Translations under genes and position numbers: made by a program | Assembly (NCBI GenBank): GCA_041661385.1 | Contig: JBAZUP010000001.1 | Location: forward strand, 354,560-418,559 | Length of the DNA stretch: 64,000 nt | Direction: 5' to 3' | Origin: Patescibacteria group bacterium | GTDB taxonomy: Bacteria > Patescibacteriota > Patescibacteriia > Magasanikbacterales > GWA2-37-8 | Part shown: positions 27,939 through 37,630 of the stretch, piece by piece | Position numbering within the stretch: position 1 is the stretch's first letter | Layout of the letters: each line of letters begins with the position of its first letter | The notes under the pieces: model-generated | Database searches by the model: none | What the model was told of the DNA's origin: nothing | The model's input: the letters and a program-made list of their open reading frames with translations, nothing else

Positions 27939-30900
27939 TTATTGAGATTTAAATGTCGCTATTATGGCAGCCCACGCATTGCTGGCAGATGTTGTGAATT
28001 TTGCAGCGGTTGTGGTAGCTATTGCTATGACTCTGTCTTCCGAGGCTAAACGTTGGTATGTACTAACTCCATTCACCAATTCTGTTTGACGAATTGTATA
28101 ACCTGAACCCGCCGTCCAGGAATTATTATTCCCAGCGCTCCATGCAAGCCCAAAATATAATTCATTTGTTGAAGTGGTTGTAATGTTGCCCGAACTAGGC
28201 GTAACTGAAGACCCTGTACCAGACATTGTCTTGTCTAACGGATTCGTTGTGTTTATTCCGGCATACTCATGAACCGCTAGCGTACCTGTGACGGTTGACG
28301 AAACAGTAAAACCTGATCCACCAATAACATTTTTCGCATAAAATATTGCAGCTCGATACGAATTTTTTACTGCCTCAGCGGCTTTATAATAAGTATTACC
28401 CTTATTGTCTGTAATTGTGCTGGTTGGAAAAGTGACATTATAGGCTGTAATTCCAACTACCACCAAATTACTTCCGACGACGGAGCCGGAAAAAGCAACT
28501 GATTTAGAACCGTGTGCTTTTTGACTTTGAATATAAGATGGTGACCCAGCAAGCGAAAAAGTTGACGTTGTTGTGCTCCACCCACCAGCCAACCCACCAA
28601 CGTCTTCAAAAGCAATACGCCAATAATAAATAGTACTTGAGACAAGTGCTGACCCCGCATAAGTAATTTCTGGACTTCGGCTGTTCTCGGTTGTCGTCGC
28701 CATCGTTGTAGTGCCAGAATCCCATTTTATAACCGTAAACGAACTAGAAGTTGAAACCTGGATACGATATTTGTTGGCCTGATCACCGGAATTAAGATCC
28801 GTATAAATTGCCGAGAATTTTGGCGTGCTTGTTAAGTTTGATGGATTAACAAGACCTTGAGTCAATGTGCTGGTTGGAACGGTTGGTGCGGTGTTCAATG
28901 AAAATGTTGAAGTGGCTGTGCTCCAGGCACCTACCAAGCCGCCCACATCAACAAACTCAACACGCCAATAATAAATAATGTTCGTCGCTAGAGCCGAACC
29001 TGTATAGAGTATGTCCGGACTCCTGTTTCCCTCTGTAGTTGTTACCATCGTTGTAGTGCCAGAATCCCATTTTATACTGGCAAAAACGCTCGAGGTTGAA
29101 ACTTGCAGACGATGCCTATTTGCTTGGTCTCCGGCATCTGGATCGTTATATATTGCTGAAAACCTTGGTGTAGTCGTTGCAATATTTGTTGGGTTAGTTT
29201 GACCTTCGACAAGCATGTCTGTTGGTGCGGCAGGTGCACTATTTAAGGAAAAAGTAGAAGTTTCCGCGCTCCAAGCACCGGGCAGACCCCCAACATCAAC
29301 GAGGGAAATTCGCCAATAATACACGATACTTGATGCAAGGGTTGAACCGCCATATGTAATGTCCGGAACTCTAGTTCCCGATGTCGTTGTCGCCATTGTC
29401 GTCGTGCCAGAGTCCCATTTAATATTTGAAAAAATACTTGAAGTTGAAACTTGAACGCGATACTTGTTAGCGGTATCACTCAAATCTAGATCGTTATAGA
29501 TCGCGGAGAATTTCGGCAAACTAACCATGAGGTTGGCTGGGTTAGTTTGATTTTCAGTCCAAAGTGCGGTGGGAGCAACCGGGGCTCTATTTGGGGGAAT
29601 GGTTTCAAAATAATCTTTTCCATTAGTCCATTGACCTTCATTGTCATCATTGTCCCATAGCTTAATCCGCCAATAATATTTAGTCCCATTCTGTAAACCC
29701 GACCCACCATAAACAATGTTAGGGATTCGACTGCCCGCGGGAGTATTTTCCGAAAATGTCTGTCTCCCGGAATCCCAAAACGGCGAAGTAAAGCTACCAC
29801 CACTTTGAATTAATTGAATCTGATAGCTATTCGCAGTTGAGCTTGCATCGAGTGATTCGTAGATTGCACTAAACTCTGGCGTTGAAGTTATTGTAATGAT
29901 TTGTTTTGGCACTAGACTAACGTTATCTACTTGGAAAGTATGGGCAATTCTACCCAGATAGAAAGTTACACGAGCATTCGAATCTCCCTGAGACGGGTTT
30001 ACTTCAAAGGAATATGATTGCCACGAAGGATTTACGGAAAAATCAGACCATGTTAAATCAGCATACGGATCGTGGTTTTGTGTCAAAACAACTGTCTCAG
30101 TTGTTGAAACGCTCGATTTGGCATCAAACTTAAGTAGGTAGGTAGTTGAAGTGTTAGCAATTAGATTCTGGCTTAATTGAACTTGATAGTGTTGTCCACT
30201 GTAATTCACAATAGTTTTGTTTGAACAATTTCCATCACTACCCTCCGAACAATCGACTGAATTGGTCGCTTGTGGGTCACCATTTTGTGACCAGAAATAC
30301 CAATTATTCATGCTCGTTTCAAAACTTGGATTCTTAATTAGGCTTAAATTATCTGGTGTAACTTCTACGTCTTCCAGCCAATAACTATTTATGTTGGTAC
30401 CAACATAATAGAAAACTCTAGCCAACTCATCGGTTCCATTGCTGGTAAAAGTAAACGCATACTGTTTCCAGTCTGGAGTAATTGAAACACCGGCGGCAAG
30501 GCCAAAATCTGACCAAGGACTATGGTCTTGATTAACACCAAAAGTAATTGTTGAGGTGGTGGTCGCCTTAGCTCTGAATTTAACTGTATAATTAATCCCA
30601 GTATCTACTCTTAAATCTTGCCAGAACTGGGAATCCCATACATTACCGGCACTTGAAACAATAATTTTCTGAGAACAGTTGCCAGTAAATGATACTGTGC
30701 AATCAACCGTATTTGTTCCACCATTACCAGACCAAAATTTCCAGTAATTTGTGGACCCATCTTCAAAACTATTATCATAAATTACATTATCACTTCTCAT
30801 GAGTCCTAAAGTTTGCAGATTTCTTGATTCCGATGGATTAATCATCAAAGACAAAACAAATGTTGAGGTATTAGCACTCCAGACTCCTTCATTATTAACT

Positions 30901-33900
30901 GAGTCCCAAAACTTAATACGCCAATAATAAACGGTGCTCGAAGATAACGGTGCTCCGGAATAAATTATATCTTGAATACGATTACCCCTAGTTGTCGAAG
31001 CCATTGTTGAAGTACCTGAATCCCAACTTGTTGATGAGAACAAGCTTGAAGTTGATACCTGTATCCTATATTTATCCGAGGCATCATCAGTATCTGGATC
31101 ATTGTAGATTGCAGAAAAAATCGGCGTGCTAGTAACTTTCGTCGGATTTGAAGAATTATTAACTAAGAGCCCTGATGGTTGCGACGGTGGTGCATTAATA
31201 ATTTCTTCCTCACCCAGAGCACCTACAACTGGCTCTGGATAAACTATCGGTCGAACCCTTAGGTCATAAAAATTAACCGTTTCGGTCGCACCCGTTCCGA
31301 CATGTACTGAAAAACTAAGCACATAAGGACTTGTGGTCGCACTGAAAGATGTGGACCCGCACGTAGTAGAACCTAATTTAAGTGTATATGTTCCTGAATC
31401 AGCATTAACATTAACACTACCTAAATATGGACCGCCATTAACCGGTTCACAAGCCTGAACACCGTTTGACCACCACCCCGATGATAGGCTCGCAAATGGA
31501 GAAACGTCAACTGAAGATGCTTCACCAATTCTTGCATTAAACATTGAAGATTTCCATTCGGGATGCTGTATATAATTATCCATTGTCATGTTAAATTCTG
31601 CAATCCGATTACCTGAAAAAGTCGGAATAGTTTGAACGTCCTTGCCATCATAATAAGCACTATACGCATGAAAATATAAATTTCCATCACCCTCTGTTGG
31701 CAAACCCACATTTTGACCATACCCCCATAATGTTCCATCAATTATTGAGTCACTAAAATCATCAAAAAATTCAAAGGCATTCTTACCGTTATTTGCGTAA
31801 CTCCCGGCAAGGCGGGCGCTGGGATTACCATAATACATGTAGATTGTGGTTCCTCCAGGTGGTATTGAATTTATTTTTACCCAAATCTTCGCTGACGATG
31901 TATTAGCCTCGGACTCAACCCACCACGGTAATTCTTTATCTTGTGAGTCAACAAAACGAAGATCAGCTAGATTTGACTGCATTTTTCCCATCGAAATTAA
32001 CGAGGCGGCATCGGCAATTACTGGCACGCTATATGCCACCAATGTTGAAGTAGAACCAGAAATTTCAATTGGTCTTTTATAATGCCAAGAACCACCATCG
32101 GGATATGACAAACCACCGCCAACACAAGAATCATTCTCTAATTCCTCAGCTCCCGCAGAACCCGCCGTTGGCGTCGATGAAACAAATGATCGTACTCGGA
32201 AATCCCGAAAATTAACAGTTCCCCAACCATCACCCACTTGATCGGCAAAATTAAAAACATATGGATCAGTGGTCGTAGTAAAAGAAGCGACCCCACAGGT
32301 AGTTGTGTTTAATTTAAACGTAAATTGACCCAAGTTGTTATCAACTGCAACACTTCCTAAATAAGGACCCCCATTAACGGCAGCACAGTCTTGCACTCCA
32401 TTTGACCACCACCCGGACGATTTAACGGCCCACGGAGAGTTAAATACTGTCGAGCTACTACCAATGCGGGCAGCAAAAAAAAGCGACTTCCAGTACTGAT
32501 TTCCCGGTACCATGTCCATTGTCATGTTGAACTCAGCAATCTTACTCCCAGAAAATGTTGGTACGGTTTGGATTTCCTGGCCACCATCATATGTTGAATA
32601 AACATAGAAAGCCATAAGCCCACTGTTTTCGCTTGGCAGACCGTATCTTTGACCGGGACCCCACAAATTTCCATCAAAACTTTGATCTTCAAAATTATCA
32701 AAAAAATCAAAAGTATTACTACCATTATTGGCATAACCACCACCTGACATGGCGTCTAAATTACCATAATGCATATAAATCGTCGTACCACCGGACGGAA
32801 TAGAATCAACTTTTACCCAAATCTTAGTTGCAGCAGAATTGACTCCAGATTCCACCCACCACGGTAGCTCATTGCCGGTAGAATTAGAAAAACGGAGATC
32901 GCCTAAATTTATTTGCATTTTTCCTGCTCCTACCAAAGAAGCGGTGTCGATGGTAACTGGCACTACATAGCCAGTTTGAGTTCCCTGATTTGAACCAGTA
33001 ATTTGTATCGGTTTTTTATTTAACCACAACCCACCACCTGAATCAGAGAACTGGTCAAACAGACACGATGAAGAAGTTGATATTGAAGAAGTGAAGTTAC
33101 CGGTTGAGCTCCAGGCCCCCTCATCGCCGCCCTTGTCCCACAGTTTAATACGCCAATAATAGGTGGTACTAACTCCAAAGGGAGGACCGGAATACTCAAC
33201 TTCTTCGATTCTCGATCCGGGCGTGGTTGAGTTGGTTAAATGAGTTTTTAAACTATCCCATTTCAAAGAGGTAAAAGCCGGAGAATAACCAACTTGAATT
33301 CGGTAATGAGTTGCCAAATCAGAGCTGCCACTCGGATCATTATATATAGCGGAAAACTTTGGCGTACTAGTAATCTCGGAGGGATTGCTTAAACCATTAA
33401 TTTGAATGTCCGTTGGTGCTGATGGCGGAAAATGATTTATCGTAACCTTATTGTTGGAATAAACCATTGTACACGTGTTAACCCCGTCGCAGACGACCGC
33501 CCTAATATAAAATGATCCCTTACTTATCGCTGAAGTATCCCACTCATATTGCTGCAGAATATCATTTGTCTTAAATATTCCAATTAAACCGTTATGACCG
33601 CTTAAATCTTGATCAACATCTTTATATAAATAAATGTCGGGGTTATCCTCATCGTCTTTAGCATTCCATCTAATTGTGTACTTTAAATCAGCCTCGGATG
33701 GCACTAAAGTTGAGGGTGCAATAAATGAAAAGGTTGGCGGAGAATTTCCGGGGACTATTTCAAATGGCCCCCAAGGTGTTGAGGTTGTTTGTTTACCACT
33801 ATAATCGCGGACTACAACCTGCAATTGATAATCAGTACCAAGCAAGTTGTCTGGAATATGCCAATTATATGTCATCGTCTGATAAAGCGGGCCGTCCTGA

Positions 33901-36900
33901 GTACCAATTGAATGCCAGATTTGATCATGTGGATCATAATATGAAAAAGTGGCGGACTGGACATAACCGATATCGTTTAGCTTTTCGTCATCGTTAACAC
34001 TATATTGAATAGTGACATCTTTCTTATTAGGAACAACCATGTCCCCTTCTCCGAAGATTGAGACATCCGTCACGGTCGGATTTTCCGTGTCAAATTTTAA
34101 ATTAGTTGGAATTTTAAAATTACTAATATTTCCACCCGAATTTACATAACTTATCATGTACTGATCATATCTAAAATCCAACACCCCTACCGCTCCTCTA
34201 CCATATGGTACATTTGAAAGACTGTAGATCCCGCCGACACCTGACGGACCAGCGGCTTCTATATACCCCAAGAGATAAACATTAGAAAGTGGTTGCCCGG
34301 CATAATTAACCACACCTGAAAGCGTGCTGGTTGCATATTCATATTGATTACCACTAACAATAACCTGAGCCGGGTCGCTATAATATGTATAGCGCGTACC
34401 GTCTTGTGCCATCGCCCCGACGGTTACCTCATACTTTTGATCTTCAATCAGCGGGGTGATCCAAGCACCGTTTTGCGTGCTACTAACAGCTGCCCAAGTC
34501 CAAGTTGACGTTCCAAACTGCCTCCACATTATCATGTAATTTAAACGGTTTGGGTCGTCTTTTTGTTTCCAGCGGACGTTTACGGCTGGGGTAGTATTAT
34601 TATATGAAAACTTTTGAGCAACAAAATAGGTCGGTAAACCAGGAAGACCCGTTGCGTCCGCAGCAAAAGTTAAAGTTTCTTTATACCGAGAACCATCATG
34701 AATAGTTCCGTTTGAGCCTTCGAGAGAAACAATAAAGTCAACGTCCCCTACTAAACCATATGTGTTAGTAATCGGAATTATAATTTCGGCAGTACTACTT
34801 GCACCAATCGAAATGTTGTTGGCGACAAAATCGACAGTGTTAAGCACGTAACCGTCCGCAATTAAATACAAAATACCATTACTAACCGTGTTTTTACCTG
34901 AATTGTGAACTAATATTTTTAAGGAAGTCGATACGCCAGTTTGTAGCGTGCTGAGTGGAATTATATCTGTTACTGCAAGATGACCTGACATAGCCGGGGG
35001 CATTGAAAGAGCTTTTAGCACAGCGGCTGTAACGTATATATTCCCATTAGCAAAGCTACCGTCTTCGGCTTGGGAATTTGTTAGATACGATATTGCCTCA
35101 TTTTCAAAAGTTGGATTAACGCCAGCTTTTTCTAATATATAATATGCGAGAGCGTTATCAACTAGGTTGCTTGACCACGTACCGTTCTGCAGTTGGATAT
35201 TTTTTAACCAGGTAATGGCTTTATTTAAATAAGTTTCAATATCAATACTTTGAGGTGTTCCGCACCACAAAGTATAATCTTTATAGGGCAATAGTGCCTC
35301 AATTGCCTTTACTGTCACCGGTATTGAACTATCTCCACCTTCTACGGAACTCCAACCACCATCAAATCGCTGACTCTGCGTTAAATAATATATGGCATAG
35401 GCATCGGTTAAATCAGGTGTACTTCCCGAATCGGTATATTGAGATTGAGTTAAAGCCATCAGCGCGTCGGCCGTGGTCGCCGGGTCAGTCTGATATCCGC
35501 TATTATATGCAAACCCACCAGTGACTTCGTCTACATATCCAGCAAGTATTTCTGCTGTTGTCGTTGGTTCTCCGGCAAAGGCCTGTAACTTTGTTTTTTG
35601 AGCGAAGAAATCATTGTTGTCAGTAATGGAATAATCAAGCCACTCGATTCCTTGATCAGTAGTAGTAGCATTTACACCGATGGAGTTAAACGCATCAAGA
35701 ACAGCGGTTGTTTCAATAAAGGAGGTTGAAGTGTTCCCCCAAGACCCGTTGGATTTCTGTTTAGTTATTAGATAATTAAAAGCTTTTTCGGTTGAGGAGT
35801 TGGCAAAAGGTGGTATTCCACGATACCGACTTTCATTACCCCATACCTGCATCTTTGGATCGTGAGAACCACATGAGCCATTCCAAATCAAATAACCATT
35901 CGCAGATCCGAGATTAGCAGAACTCACAGTGGATTGACCGTCTCCAGAGATAGTAATCAAAGTCACTTTATTGGCTGGAATATTATATGTCGAGAAATCA
36001 TGAGCACACCATGCTCCGGCGCCACAAGAATCAGTCGAAGAATAATATTTTCCGTCAGCCGTAATAGTAACTGAATACGATCCACCAGCACCAAATGAAT
36101 CTACCTGAGTGAGATAATATTGTGAAGGAATTCCAGAGACCCGCATGGAATATTGGCCAGTACCACAATTGCCGGGCGAGCCACTATTATAATCTAATAC
36201 AACCGGTGAGGATTGCGATTGCATGCTATAGGTCTCAAAACCGCCCAGAGCTATTTTTTGTAATCCACCGGACAAACTACTCGTCGGGGCAACAGTCACA
36301 GTATCAACATTTTGAACCAAGGGTTCATAATTATTTTGAGCAACAGCTTTGCCACTCTTCAGGTCTAATCTATTTTTAGTCTTCTTAGATAGATTGGTAA
36401 AATTATCAGGAATAATTATCAACCCTCGACTTTCGAGGTCAAAATAATCCTTGGGAAGGTTGTGCTGAGCAACTAGTTTTTGCGCAATAAGGTGATGTAA
36501 TGCCTCTTTGGAGTGTTGCAATTTATTGATTTTTTCAGATAAAATAAACAAGTTTTTCTTATTGGTTACGTCAACATCTGAACGATACATTTTAATGAGC
36601 GACCTAATTTCTGGATCAATTCTGAAATTATTTAGCACTTCATCAGAATTTAGTTTTACTTTTTTCCCGTCTAAATCGACCTCCTGATCCCAATCAATTC
36701 TAGAAACATCCGATATGGTCGAGGTGTTAATGATAATTGTTGGAATAGTGATAATTTTATTAAGAGGAGGCTTGCGCATTTCGTCTTCATAGGAAATCGG
36801 ACCAAACCAGGCTGGTGTTGAGGTAACGTTTGTCGAAGTTAAGGTTGTGTCTACCATTGAGGTTTGTGCGCTAGAAAAAGCCGGGAAAACAAAAGACGGA

Positions 36901-36965
36901 AATATTAGGTTGAATATGATTATTGTGGAAAGTATTTTATTTGAAATTCTTTTTTTCACAAACAC
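27939..36965 (-). CDS. Giant (3008 aa) secreted multidomain surface protein
   Basis: Signal peptide. N-terminal alpha/alpha-toroid (prenyltransferase/squalene-cyclase-like) repeats (QKSNGSWGN, RFDGGWSS, QLQNGTWSS, QAEDGSF). About nine Fn3-like repeats of a FSAIYNDPD…YRIQVSTSS…WDSGTTTM…YYWRI unit. Two CBM4/9-like beta-sandwich modules. Two DUF2341-like modules (LRF.D…ELPWWVE…KIWVKV…GGTTIYMYYGN). Confidence 0.7.
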   Translation of the reverse strand: MFVKKRISNKILSTIIIFNLIFPSFVFPAFSSAQTSMVDTTLTSTNVTSTPAWFGPISYEDEMRKPPLNKIITIPTIIINTSTISDVSRIDWDQEVDLDGKKVKLNSDEVLNNFRIDPEIRSLIKMYRSDVDVTNKKNLFILSEKINKLQHSKEALHHLIAQKLVAQHNLPKDYFDLESRGLIIIPDNFTNLSKKTKNRLDLKSGKAVAQNNYEPLVQNVDTVTVAPTSSLSGGLQKIALGGFETYSMQSQSSPVVLDYNSGSPGNCGTGQYSMRVSGIPSQYYLTQVDSFGAGGSYSVTITADGKYYSSTDSCGAGAWCAHDFSTYNIPANKVTLITISGDGQSTVSSANLGSANGYLIWNGSCGSHDPKMQVWGNESRYRGIPPFANSSTEKAFNYLITKQKSNGSWGNTSTSFIETTAVLDAFNSIGVNATTTDQGIEWLDYSITDNNDFFAQKTKLQAFAGEPTTTAEILAGYVDEVTGGFAYNSGYQTDPATTADALMALTQSQYTDSGSTPDLTDAYAIYYLTQSQRFDGGWSSVEGGDSSIPVTVKAIEALLPYKDYTLWCGTPQSIDIETYLNKAITWLKNIQLQNGTWSSNLVDNALAYYILEKAGVNPTFENEAISYLTNSQAEDGSFANGNIYVTAAVLKALSMPPAMSGHLAVTDIIPLSTLQTGVSTSLKILVHNSGKNTVSNGILYLIADGYVLNTVDFVANNISIGASSTAEIIIPITNTYGLVGDVDFIVSLEGSNGTIHDGSRYKETLTFAADATGLPGLPTYFVAQKFSYNNTTPAVNVRWKQKDDPNRLNYMIMWRQFGTSTWTWAAVSSTQNGAWITPLIEDQKYEVTVGAMAQDGTRYTYYSDPAQVIVSGNQYEYATSTLSGVVNYAGQPLSNVYLLGYIEAAGPSGVGGIYSLSNVPYGRGAVGVLDFRYDQYMISYVNSGGNISNFKIPTNLKFDTENPTVTDVSIFGEGDMVVPNKKDVTIQYSVNDDEKLNDIGYVQSATFSYYDPHDQIWHSIGTQDGPLYQTMTYNWHIPDNLLGTDYQLQVVVRDYSGKQTTSTPWGPFEIVPGNSPPTFSFIAPSTLVPSEADLKYTIRWNAKDDEDNPDIYLYKDVDQDLSGHNGLIGIFKTNDILQQYEWDTSAISKGSFYIRAVVCDGVNTCTMVYSNNKVTINHFPPSAPTDIQINGLSNPSEITSTPKFSAIYNDPSGSSDLATHYRIQVGYSPAFTSLKWDSLKTHLTNSTTPGSRIEEVEYSGPPFGVSTTYYWRIKLWDKGGDEGAWSSTGNFTSSISTSSSCLFDQFSDSGGGLWLNKKPIQITGSNQGTQTGYVVPVTIDTASLVGAGKMQINLGDLRFSNSTGNELPWWVESGVNSAATKIWVKVDSIPSGGTTIYMHYGNLDAMSGGGYANNGSNTFDFFDNFEDQSFDGNLWGPGQRYGLPSENSGLMAFYVYSTYDGGQEIQTVPTFSGSKIAEFNMTMDMVPGNQYWKSLFFAARIGSSSTVFNSPWAVKSSGWWSNGVQDCAAVNGGPYLGSVAVDNNLGQFTFKLNTTTCGVASFTTTTDPYVFNFADQVGDGWGTVNFRDFRVRSFVSSTPTAGSAGAEELENDSCVGGGLSYPDGGSWHYKRPIEISGSTSTLVAYSVPVIADAASLISMGKMQSNLADLRFVDSQDKELPWWVESEANTSSAKIWVKINSIPPGGTTIYMYYGNPSARLAGSYANNGKNAFEFFDDFSDSIIDGTLWGYGQNVGLPTEGDGNLYFHAYSAYYDGKDVQTIPTFSGNRIAEFNMTMDNYIQHPEWKSSMFNARIGEASSVDVSPFASLSSGWWSNGVQACEPVNGGPYLGSVNVNADSGTYTLKLGSTTCGSTSFSATTSPYVLSFSVHVGTGATETVNFYDLRVRPIVYPEPVVGALGEEEIINAPPSQPSGLLVNNSSNPTKVTSTPIFSAIYNDPDTDDASDKYRIQVSTSSLFSSTSWDSGTSTMASTTRGNRIQDIIYSGAPLSSSTVYYWRIKFWDSVNNEGVWSANTSTFVLSLMINPSESRNLQTLGLMRSDNVIYDNSFEDGSTNYWKFWSGNGGTNTVDCTVSFTGNCSQKIIVSSAGNVWDSQFWQDLRVDTGINYTVKFRAKATTTSTITFGVNQDHSPWSDFGLAAGVSITPDWKQYAFTFTSNGTDELARVFYYVGTNINSYWLEDVEVTPDNLSLIKNPSFETSMNNWYFWSQNGDPQATNSVDCSEGSDGNCSNKTIVNYSGQHYQVQLSQNLIANTSTTYLLKFDAKSSVSTTETVVLTQNHDPYADLTWSDFSVNPSWQSYSFEVNPSQGDSNARVTFYLGRIAHTFQVDNVSLVPKQIITITSTPEFSAIYESLDASSTANSYQIQLIQSGGSFTSPFWDSGRQTFSENTPAGSRIPNIVYGGSGLQNGTKYYWRIKLWDNDDNEGQWTNGKDYFETIPPNRAPVAPTALWTENQTNPANLMVSLPKFSAIYNDLDLSDTANKYRVQVSTSSIFSNIKWDSGTTTMATTTSGTRVPDITYGGSTLASSIVYYWRISLVDVGGLPGAWSAETSTFSLNSAPAAPTDMLVEGQTNPTNIATTTPRFSAIYNDPDAGDQANRHRLQVSTSSVFASIKWDSGTTTMVTTTEGNRSPDILYTGSALATNIIYYWRVEFVDVGGLVGAWSTATSTFSLNTAPTVPTSTLTQGLVNPSNLTSTPKFSAIYTDLNSGDQANKYRIQVSTSSSFTVIKWDSGTTTMATTTENSRSPEITYAGSALVSSTIYYWRIAFEDVGGLAGGWSTTTSTFSLAGSPSYIQSQKAHGSKSVAFSGSVVGSNLVVVGITAYNVTFPTSTITDNKGNTYYKAAEAVKNSYRAAIFYAKNVIGGSGFTVSSTVTGTLAVHEYAGINTTNPLDKTMSGTGSSVTPSSGNITTTSTNELYFGLAWSAGNNNSWTAGSGYTIRQTELVNGVSTYQRLASEDRVIAIATTTAAKFTTSASNAWAAIIATFKSQ

Positions 36966-36967
36966 AT

Positions 36968-37630
36968 TTATTTTTTGTAGACTGGCCTTGCGGTTTCTAC
37001 AATCATTTGTATAATTTTATTAATCTCTTCATCGTTTAACGATCCACTAATGTCTTTAAAATAACCCCTATTTCTGAGCGCAACCATTTGAGCGTCTTGA
37101 GAAATAATTAATGTGCCGTATGATCTAGGAAAATAATTATCTATGCTTCCACACATTTCTACAGCGCGAAGCACGGAATAACCAGCTATATTTCCAATTT
37201 TAATTATATCTATATCGGTGTCACCATACTTATCCGGTGTTATTTTTTTCTCAAAATTAGGTATTAAATCCTTCACGCTCGAAGTTGAAATTATTATCGT
37301 ATAATCTAATTCATCAAACATAGAATCTTCTTCGTTTTTTTTGTTGATAACCGCGGCTTCAGACGGATCACATATACCCGGACCGTTATATGAAATATTG
37401 TGACTCAAATGCGCAACCGCACCTTGAGCTTTATAAACTAATCCAAAATTGGGTGGATAAGAAATTATAACACCAGCAGTCGGCTGATTCATTCTGTTTA
37501 AATTTTTTATCTTTAAATCGATAAAACCACCCGCTGATAGTAAAAAAATTATTGCTACAAATAAAAGTATAAAAGCTAGAAAAAATACATTTTTTTTTGA
37601 TTTTAAATTTAGCATACTTATAAACCCCAA
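36968..37630 (-). CDS. Hypothetical membrane-anchored protein
   Basis: 220 aa with an N-terminal TM helix. Overlaps the upstream giant-protein gene by 13 nt. Confidence 0.4.
   Translation of the reverse strand: MGFISMLNLKSKKNVFFLAFILLFVAIIFLLSAGGFIDLKIKNLNRMNQPTAGVIISYPPNFGLVYKAQGAVAHLSHNISYNGPGICDPSEAAVINKKNEEDSMFDELDYTIIISTSSVKDLIPNFEKKITPDKYGDTDIDIIKIGNIAGYSVLRAVEMCGSIDNYFPRSYGTLIISQDAQMVALRNRGYFKDISGSLNDEEINKIIQMIVETARPVYKK

Noticed and set aside
28457-36379. Multiple 60-105-aa ORFs on both strands inside 27939..36965
   Set aside because: All embedded in the 3008-aa gene, whose frame is uninterrupted and domain-rich. They are alternative-frame artefacts.
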